64,000 bases of DNA from an uncultured Ruminococcus sp. Lineage in GTDB: Bacteria > Bacillota > Clostridia > Oscillospirales > CAG-272. Made by a program: the position numbers and the translations under genes. The DNA is taken from the NCBI GenBank assembly GCA_900551005.1, contig URUL01000001.1, forward strand, positions 246-64,245. Direction: 5' to 3'. Positions within the stretch are counted from its first letter, which is position 1. Each line of letters opens with the position of its first letter. Shown here piece by piece: positions 55,612 through 62,632 of this stretch. The notes beneath the pieces are model-generated. The model was not told the DNA's origin. It made no database searches and was given only the letters and a program-made list of their open reading frames with translations.

Positions 55612-55768
55612 CTTTTTCGCGTTAAAAAAGCTGTTTTTTGGAATTTTATACTTCTGTATTAAATAAAAATCAGCACAAATCGGTATATAAAAATTCTATA
55701 TTTTGCCGATTTTTATTTTTATTTTCAAAAACTATTGACAAATTCGGAAGTCTCGCACCCTTATCGGT

Positions 55769-56776
55769 TCATATGGTAAAAAATGCGCTTGCATTGAGCG
55801 AAGTATCGGCGAAATTCCCGGCAATAGCTTCAAAATATCCCGCGGCCGCGATCATCGCCGCATTGTCTCCGCAGTATTTTATCTCGGGATAATGGAAAGC
55901 GATCTTTCGTTTCTCGCAAAGGTTTGAGAGCGCTGTACGCAAATGAGAGTTGGCAGCCACGCCACCGGCAAGAGCAAGAGTCTTAAGCTCAGGATGGCGC
56001 TCCAGCGCCGCATCGAGCTTGACGACGGCAGAGTTTACCGCCGCCGTAACGAAGCTCGCCGCCACATCCTCACGGCATATTTTCTCGCCTTTCTGAGATG
56101 CGGAATTGAGATGATTCAGCACGGCGGTCTTGATACCGGAGAAGGAAAAATCGAGCGTTTCATCATGGATCGCGGCGCTCGGCAGCTTCAGCGTGGGCTT
56201 TCCCTCATAGGCGAGCTTATCGATAGCCGCACCGCCGGGATAAGGCATGCCGAGTACACGCGCCACCTTGTCGAAGCATTCGCCCATGGCATCGTCGCGG
56301 GTGCCGCCGATCTCTTCTATATGATTATAGTCATGCACGATCGCTATCGAGGTATGACCGCCCGAAGCCACAAAGGCAAGATATGGCGGCTTCAGCGCAG
56401 GTGGACAAAGATAATTTGCCGCGATATGCCCTTTTATATGATTTACGGCAACGAGCGGCTTGTCATTTGCATAAGCAAGCGATTTTGCAAAATTCACGCC
56501 AACAAGAAGCGCCCCTATGAGTCCCGGGCTTGCCGTAACGGCAATCACATCTATATCACGAATCGAAGCTCCCGCCGCTTCAAGAGCATCATATGTTATT
56601 TTTGATACGGCTTCGCAATGCGCACGGCTCGCGATCTCGGGTACAACGCCTCCGAAGCGCGCATGCACCTCTATCTGCGAAGCCACGATATTGGAAAGGA
56701 TATCAAATCCGTCGCCACACGAGAGGACAGCAACAGCCGTCTCGTCGCATGAGCTTTCTATTCCGAGTATTTTCAC
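55769..56776 (-). CDS. tsaD: tRNA N6-adenosine threonylcarbamoyltransferase TsaD
   Basis: (V)KILGIESSCDETAVAV..., HCEAV, GGHT, and the C-terminal CGDNAAMIA. Start set at the GTG at 56776 after AAAGGA. The upstream ATG codons add residues not present in the family. Confidence 0.92.
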   Translation of the reverse strand: MKILGIESSCDETAVAVLSCGDGFDILSNIVASQIEVHARFGGVVPEIASRAHCEAVSKITYDALEAAGASIRDIDVIAVTASPGLIGALLVGVNFAKSLAYANDKPLVAVNHIKGHIAANYLCPPALKPPYLAFVASGGHTSIAIVHDYNHIEEIGGTRDDAMGECFDKVARVLGMPYPGGAAIDKLAYEGKPTLKLPSAAIHDETLDFSFSGIKTAVLNHLNSASQKGEKICREDVAASFVTAAVNSAVVKLDAALERHPELKTLALAGGVAANSHLRTALSNLCEKRKIAFHYPEIKYCGDNAAMIAAAGYFEAIAGNFADTSLNASAFFTI

Positions 56777-56834
56777 AAAAATGTCCTTTCTGAAAGGATT
56801 TTCAGTTTTATACGAAAGTATAAATTTGCCTTTT

Positions 56835-57293
56835 TCACTTTTCCGCAGAGAGATCCGTCGCATAGATCTCCGCATCCTCGCGCGGGAATTTATAGAAATC
56901 TCGCCGCGCGCCTATCTTAAGAAATCCGTGCTTTTCATACAGCTTTTTCGCCGCCGCATTTGATGCACGAACCTCGAGAGTGACGCTTCTTATCCCATTT
57001 TTCCCGGCCAGGCCGAGAAGCGCGGTAAGAAGCATACTGCCGATCTTTTCGCGGCGGTATGCCTCATCCACAGCTATATTGCAAATATCCATTTCGTCAA
57101 GCACGAAAAATGCGTCGGCATATCCCACGCATTTTTCACCGTCAAAGGCGCAGAGGATAATGAAATCCTCACGCGATGCGGCATCGAGTACGGCGTATTT
57201 GCTCCATGCATTTGTACCGAAGCACTGAGCCTCTATCTCGGCAATGCGCTCGGCAAGCTCCGCAGAAAATGGGCGGATATCAATTTTTCTCAC
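56835..57293 (-). CDS. rimI: Ribosomal-protein-alanine N-acetyltransferase RimI (GNAT)
   Basis: 152 aa with the GNAT motif A ([17 protein letters not shown]) and ...[20 protein letters not shown]. It is adjacent to tsaD. Confidence 0.85.
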   Translation of the reverse strand: MRKIDIRPFSAELAERIAEIEAQCFGTNAWSKYAVLDAASREDFIILCAFDGEKCVGYADAFFVLDEMDICNIAVDEAYRREKIGSMLLTALLGLAGKNGIRSVTLEVRASNAAAKKLYEKHGFLKIGARRDFYKFPREDAEIYATDLSAEK

Positions 57294-57708
57294 TTAAAAG
57301 CAACTCCGTTATTCCCGCTTTTATGGCATCGTAGCATTGCTCCATCGTCCCCTCACTCATGAAAAGCGGCATATTTATCTCTCCGAGAGAGGTGACCTTG
57401 CAGACAAACTCGGGATACTCTTCCCTGATCGCTCTCGCATAATCCTCACGCATAGCTATTACGATATCAGCTTCCTCCATGAGAGGGCGCGTAAGCCGAC
57501 GCGAACGTTGAAGCCTGTGCAGATTGCCGGCAAGTCTGCTGGCGAGAATGCGAATGGCATACGGCTCCATAGTCACTCCCGGATAGGCGGTCAGTCCAGC
57601 CGAGGAAGCATCAAATCTGTCCCCCGCCAAGTCCTTCAGTATGTACTCCGCCATAGCGGAGCGGCAGGTATTTGCCACGCAGACAAAGAGAACCTTTTTT
57701 CTGCTCAT
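57280..57708 (-). CDS. Low-molecular-weight protein-tyrosine/arginine phosphatase family protein
   Basis: CX5R(S/T) P-loop: [16 protein letters not shown]. Confidence 0.85.
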   Translation of the reverse strand: MSRKKVLFVCVANTCRSAMAEYILKDLAGDRFDASSAGLTAYPGVTMEPYAIRILASRLAGNLHRLQRSRRLTRPLMEEADIVIAMREDYARAIREEYPEFVCKVTSLGEINMPLFMSEGTMEQCYDAIKAGITELLLSEKN

Positions 57709-58559
57709 TCTTCTTCAATATCCTTCACGCGGCAGGGCGTAGCCTCAACTGCATCCGCCACGGGAGCTATGGCATCTCCCTCAAAGAGCTCTATTGCGCC
57801 CTTATCGCAAAGATTTGCGAGTGCAGGGTCGATCGGCATTTTCGCAAGCACGGGTATGCCGTATTCGGCAGCAGCCTCATCGACGCGACTCTCTCCGAAA
57901 ATGTGAAGCTCCTTTCCGCAGTCGGGACATTTCACATAGCTCATATTCTCGACAATGCCGATTATCGGTATATTCATAAGCTGTGCCATGCGAACAGCCT
58001 TACCTACGATCATAGTTACCAGCTCCTGCGGACTCGTCACAATGATGATACCGTCAAGCGGAAGCGACTGAAATACCGTAAGCGGAACATCCCCCGTGCC
58101 GGGAGGGCAGTCCACTACCATATAGTCAAGATCTCCCCAGACCGTCTCCGTCCAGAACTGCTTTACTGTTCCGGCGATGACGGGACCTCTCCAAACGACG
58201 GGAGCGGAAGCATCTTCAAGAAGCAGATTCAGACTGATAACCTCAATGCCCGTTTTGGTGGTCATAGGCATAATTCCGCCGAGAGGTGCCGCCTCGCAGT
58301 TACCCTTCAGACCGAACGCCTTGGGAATGGAGGGACCGGTGATATCCGCATCGAGGATACCTACCGAGAGTTCTCTGCGACGCAGCTCCGTCGCGAGCAG
58401 ACTGCTTATCATCGATTTGCCTACGCCGCCCTTGCCGGAAACGACGCCGATAAGCTTTCCTACGCGGCTGTATTGATTGAGCGCTTCAAACTGCGGCTTT
58501 CTCGAGCCGCAGGAAGCGGAGCATGTTGAACAATCATGTGTACATTCTGACATTTTCAT
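57705..58559 (-). CDS. mrp: Mrp/NBP35/ApbC-family Fe-S cluster carrier ATPase
   Basis: Deviant Walker [12 protein letters not shown], an N-terminal Cys-rich [12 protein letters not shown], the motif DCPPGTGD, and the conserved CxxC (VKCPDCG). Confidence 0.88.
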   Translation of the reverse strand: MKMSECTHDCSTCSASCGSRKPQFEALNQYSRVGKLIGVVSGKGGVGKSMISSLLATELRRRELSVGILDADITGPSIPKAFGLKGNCEAAPLGGIMPMTTKTGIEVISLNLLLEDASAPVVWRGPVIAGTVKQFWTETVWGDLDYMVVDCPPGTGDVPLTVFQSLPLDGIIIVTSPQELVTMIVGKAVRMAQLMNIPIIGIVENMSYVKCPDCGKELHIFGESRVDEAAAEYGIPVLAKMPIDPALANLCDKGAIELFEGDAIAPVADAVEATPCRVKDIEEE

Positions 58560-58592
58560 TTTCCTCTTTTCTATTTGGGTTTATTTATCAAA

Positions 58593-60053
58593 TCAAAGTA
58601 TGGTGAAGCCGAAGAAGTCCTTCGTATTATTATAGCATATATCGCAGACCATCTGCGCCAGCCTCTCTATATCCAGAGGATATTCGCCGCGCTCGACGTA
58701 ACCGCCGATGACCGAGCAAAGTATTCTTCTGAAATATTCATGTCGCGTATAGGAAAGGAAGCTGCGCGAATCCGTCAGCATACCGATAAACTTGCCGAAG
58801 GCAGAAAGATTTGCGAGATTTTCCATCTGCGCACGCATTCCGGCAATATTGTCATTGAACCACCATGCGCTTCCGTGCTGCATTTTCGGCATGCACCAGT
58901 CAAAGCCTTCGGATTCCTCGCTCGTATAATTGAAGGTTCCTGCAAGCGTAGCGAGCGCCGCATTGTCCGTCGGATTGAGCGAATAGAGCACGGTCTTGGG
59001 CAGCGCTCCCTCGGTATTGAGCGCGTCGAGCATGGCGGCAAGGTCCGCAATGCAGTTCTTACCATGGATCATATCGTATCCCATGTCGGCGCCGAGTGCT
59101 TTTGTCATGACGCTGTTTGCACGGCGCAGAGTACCGAAATGAATCTGCATTACCCAGCCGTTTTTGACATATTCCTTGCCGAAGAAGCGGATGAGCGCAC
59201 TCTTATAGATAGTTGCCATCTCTTCCCCGACGCTCTCGCCCGCAAGTGCGCGTTTGAGCACGACATCGGCTATGGCAACAGCCTGTCCCGCCGTCTTGGT
59301 GCTGTCGAAGGCAACGTAATTATCAAATCCGTGGTCTGCCGTGCGACAGCCGAGCGCCTTAAAGAGTGCCATTCTCTTGGAGAGAACATCACAGAGCGAT
59401 ACAAAATCCTTTATCTCATCTCCCGCAACCTCGGAAAGGTGCTTTATATAATCTGCGAAATCCGGCGCCGTAATATTCATGCATTTATCAGGGCGGAATG
59501 CGGGGAGCACCTGCGTTTCGAAGCTCGTATCACTGCGCAGTGCTATATGATATTCGAGATTATCCGCAGGGTCGTCAGTCGTGCAGAGCAATTTTACATT
59601 TGATTTTTTTATGATACCTCGTGTGCTCAGAGCAGGATCGCTTTCCAGCTTATCACAGGTAAGGCGCCATACCTCATCGCAGGTGTCCGGTGAGAGCACG
59701 CCGTCATAGCCGAAATAACGCTGAAGCTCGAGATGAGTCCAGTGATAGAGCGGATTGCCGATAAGATTCGGCAGGGCGCTCGCATAGGCGCGAAACTTAT
59801 CATAGTCGGAGGCATCGCCCGTGATAAGACGCTCGGCAATACCGCAGGCGCGCATCGCCCTCCATTTATAGTGGTCGCCGTAAAGCCAAAGCTGAGTAAT
59901 ATTTTCATATCTCTTATCCTCAGCGATCTCCTTCGGACTGACATGGCAATGATAATCGATGATCGGCATCTGCGAAGCATAGTTATGATAGAGCAGCTGT
60001 GCTATGTCTGAATCAAGCAGGAAATTTTCATCCATAAATTCTTTCATTTTCAT
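58593..60053 (-). CDS. uxaC: Glucuronate isomerase
   Basis: FMDENFLLDSDIAQLLYHNYASQMPIIDYHCHVSPKEIAED...LWLYGDHYKWRAMRACG is the canonical UxaC N-terminus. Full length is 486 aa. Confidence 0.93.
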   Translation of the reverse strand: MKMKEFMDENFLLDSDIAQLLYHNYASQMPIIDYHCHVSPKEIAEDKRYENITQLWLYGDHYKWRAMRACGIAERLITGDASDYDKFRAYASALPNLIGNPLYHWTHLELQRYFGYDGVLSPDTCDEVWRLTCDKLESDPALSTRGIIKKSNVKLLCTTDDPADNLEYHIALRSDTSFETQVLPAFRPDKCMNITAPDFADYIKHLSEVAGDEIKDFVSLCDVLSKRMALFKALGCRTADHGFDNYVAFDSTKTAGQAVAIADVVLKRALAGESVGEEMATIYKSALIRFFGKEYVKNGWVMQIHFGTLRRANSVMTKALGADMGYDMIHGKNCIADLAAMLDALNTEGALPKTVLYSLNPTDNAALATLAGTFNYTSEESEGFDWCMPKMQHGSAWWFNDNIAGMRAQMENLANLSAFGKFIGMLTDSRSFLSYTRHEYFRRILCSVIGGYVERGEYPLDIERLAQMVCDICYNNTKDFFGFTIL

Positions 60054-60755
60054 TCTCCTTTATTCTTAAAATAGAAAAATCAGAGCTTTTTATTAAATTA
60101 TACACTATACTTCATTTAATTGCAAGATTTTCTCATATAATTTAATTTAATAAATTTGTTTTTATTTTCCGCAAAAAGCTCCGCTTAAGAGCGTTGACAT
60201 AAGAAAACAGGCAAAAGTTCAGTAAAATCAACGCTTTTAGGGCAGTGGGCAAACAGGTCAGCTCAAAAACCGAATAGCCAAGCGACAAAATGGATGCTGC
60301 CGCAAGGCGGGATCCATTTTCGCATCCCCCGGCGCCGCAGATCTAAAAAGAAGGCTGCGGCGTTTTTTTCGCCCAAATCAAAAAAAGAGGCACAACCGGA
60401 ATGTACTTTACGAACGGTAAAAGCCGCGCATTTGAAATGCTCATGCAGGGCAAGCCCGGATGTGACCGGTACGGGAACGGTTGCACCCCGTTTTCAATGA
60501 TCTCTTGCTCGCAGGAGCAGACCGCGCGGCACTGCGGCAAATACGCTTACATATACAGTTTTGTATCAGGCAAGAGCGCCGTTTTTCTTTCGCCGCGTCT
60601 GAGTCCTCTGCCAAAAGGAGGATATCCCATGCAGTCAGATAGGCATTTTCATATCGTTCTTTAGAAAAGGATTATTTTCTAAATTATTGACAAAACGCAG
60701 TTTGTGTGATATCTTTAGAAATATGAAAGCAATTTCATTCGGAGGATAATTCAAA

Positions 60756-61718
60756 ATGAATGATATCTTAAAAAAAGTAGGGCTTTTCGGCATAGTTCCC
60801 GTAGTTAAAATAGAAAATGCCGATGATGCCGAGCCTCTGGCAAAGGCGCTGATCGCAGGCGGACTTCCTCTCGCGGAAATCACCTTCCGTACAGACGCGG
60901 CGGCAGAATCCATCGCCCGCATAACAAAGGCTTATCCCGATATGCTCGTGGGCGCAGGCACTGTCCTCACGCCCGAGCAGGCAGACAGCGCGGTACAGGC
61001 AGGCGCAAAATTCATCGTCAGCCCCGGCTTCAATCCGAGAATTGTCAAGCATTGCATTGCAAACGGATATCCCGTAGTCCCCGGCTGTTCTACCTGCGGA
61101 GAAATGGAGCAGGCTATGGAGCTCGGTCTTGACGTTGTCAAGTTCTTCCCTGCTGAAGCATCGGGCGGCCTTGCCGTGCTCAAGGCTGTTTCCGCTCCCT
61201 AAGGCAAGCTGAAATTCATGCCCACCGGCGGCATTGAAGCCACAAATATACTCTCGTATCTGAAGTTCCCGAAAATACTCGCATGCGGCGGCAGCTTCAT
61301 GGTAAAGGACGCGCTGATAAAGGCGGGCAGATTTGACGAGATAGAGCGCCTTACACGCGAAGCGGTAGCTCTCATGCACGGTTTCTCCGTGAAGCACATC
61401 GGCATAAATTCCGCAAACGAAGAGACTGCGAGAAAGACGGCAGATATCCTCTGCAAGCTCTTCATGGTCGCTCCGAACGAGGGCAGAAGCTCAATATTCG
61501 CAGGAGCCGAATTTGAGGTAATGAAAACCATGTTCCGCGGCACAAACGGCCATATCGCTATAGCCTGCAACTTCCCCGGCAGAGCGCGCGCCTATCTCGA
61601 GAGCCTCGGTGTCGAATTTGACGAGTCAACGGCGAAGTATGACGACAAGGGCAACCTCACCGTCGTATACTTCAAGAATGAGATAGCGGGCTTTGCTTTC
61701 CATCTTGTCACCAAATAA
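60756..61718 (+). pseudogene. eda: KDPG/KHG aldolase (Eda) fused to a C-terminal VOC/glyoxalase-like domain; frame interrupted by an in-frame TAA at 61200-61202
   Basis: ORFs 60756..61202 and 61218..61718 share one frame. The junction reads ...LKAVSAP-*-GKLKFMPTGGI. Eda blocks: IVPVVKIENADDAEPLAKALIAGGLPLAEITFRT, VGAGTVL, FIVSPG, KFFPAE, PTGG. The last ~113 aa (HIGINSANEE...GHIAIACNFPGRARAYLESLGV...) look like a VOC-fold domain. Confidence 0.8.
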
Positions 61719-61811
61719 TACAGCTGTATATGTTGTGAAATATAATTTTATACAAATGAATTATTGAATATATCGGCGGTTAGCAAAAACTAACCGCCCT
61801 TTTTTTGACTT

Positions 61812-61912
61812 TATATCCCGGATATAGCGATTTTTCTTGAAATTTTATCTATTTTTTTTGTAAAATCTATAGATTTTTCGATATATGTAGTGTATAATAT
61901 ATCCGGATATAT
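61812..61912. promoter_or_regulatory. Two palindromic ATATCC(C)GGATAT operator-like sites flanking or overlapping the putative promoter of the nuoE/nuoF-like operon
   Basis: TATATCC-C-GGATATA lies at 61812-61826 and the perfect 16-mer ATATATCCGGATATAT at 61897-61912. The latter overlaps TGTATAAT (extended -10-like, 61891-61898). Confidence 0.45.
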
Positions 61913-62046
61913 AGTGTGTAATATATCAGCGCGCAAGCAAGCGGTCATGCGTCCGCAGAAGAGGCTCGGCTATGCGAAAGCCGAGAGTATCCTCACATCT
62001 TCGGAGCATGTCCGCAAATATAATTTTCAGGAGGACTGTCAAAAAC

Positions 62047-62544
62047 ATGAAAAAGAAACTGACTACGGTAGAATTTACCGGAACAGCCGAGCAGGAAGCT
62101 GCTCTGCGCTCTCTCATCGAAGAGTATAAAAGCGTTCAGGGCAATCTCATGCCGGTTCTTCAGGGCGCTCAGGAAATCTACGGTTATCTTCCGATAGAGG
62201 TCCAGAAAATCATCGCCGAGGGTCTCGGAGTATCTCTTTCCGAGGTTTACGGCGTAGTTTCCTTCTATTCTCAGTTCGCTCTCAACCCCAAGGGCAAGGT
62301 TGCCATCGGCGTATGTCTCGGCACAGCCTGCTATGTTAAGGGCTCGGGCGCTATCTGCGATAAGGTTGCCGAGCTCACAGGCATCAAGCCCGGCGATATT
62401 TCAAAGAGCGGCATTTATTCCTTTGAGGCTACACGTTGCATAGGCGCGTGCGGTCTTGCTCCCGTCATGACGGTAAACGGCGACGTTTACGGCAGAATCA
62501 CCGCGAAGGATGTAGCAGACATTCTCGCAAAATACGAAGCGTAA
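62047..62544 (+). CDS. nuoE: NuoE/HydC/HndA-type [2Fe-2S] thioredoxin-like subunit of an NAD(P)H-dependent hydrogenase/bifurcating complex
   Basis: LMPVLQGAQEIYGYLP...VSFYSQF...GVCLGTACYVKG...ATRCIGACGLAPVMTVNG, with the four Cys of the 24-kDa-subunit cluster. The ATG at 62047 follows CAGGAGG. Confidence 0.88.
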   Translation: MKKKLTTVEFTGTAEQEAALRSLIEEYKSVQGNLMPVLQGAQEIYGYLPIEVQKIIAEGLGVSLSEVYGVVSFYSQFALNPKGKVAIGVCLGTACYVKGSGAICDKVAELTGIKPGDISKSGIYSFEATRCIGACGLAPVMTVNGDVYGRITAKDVADILAKYEA

Positions 62545-62632
62545 TCAAAGCAAGTAACAAACGCGAAAATATCGTTTTCCGCAGCGGACTGAAAACGCAG
62601 GCGGACAATAAGAAAGAAAGGAAACACGGCAA

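Noticed and set aside
55459-55740. The DnaA-box cluster plus AT-rich tract considered as the chromosomal oriC
   Set aside because: No dnaA, dnaN or rpmH/rnpA genes are adjacent, and Firmicute oriC is normally bipartite around dnaA. Without whole-genome skew data I treat it as a non-oriC DnaA-box cluster or regulatory region.
57672-59603. Plus-strand ORFs of 285 aa (57672..58529) and 342 aa (58575..59603)
   Set aside because: They are antisense to mrp and uxaC respectively, with no motifs.
60294-60664. ORFs 60294..60500, 60343..60540 and 60401..60664 in the uxaC-eda gap
   Set aside because: They are mutually overlapping, Arg/Lys/Cys-rich, lack a credible RBS and have no recognisable domain. 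The region is better treated as non-coding or structured.
11496-61202. An alternative genetic code (TAA or TGA reassigned to sense) as the explanation for the in-frame stops
   Set aside because: TAA terminates recR, dam, mscL, trmD, murJ, rqcH and others at their expected lengths. TGA terminates ybaB, dnaX, dcm, rpsU, the lipoproteins and GH3. The standard code 11 therefore fits the window.
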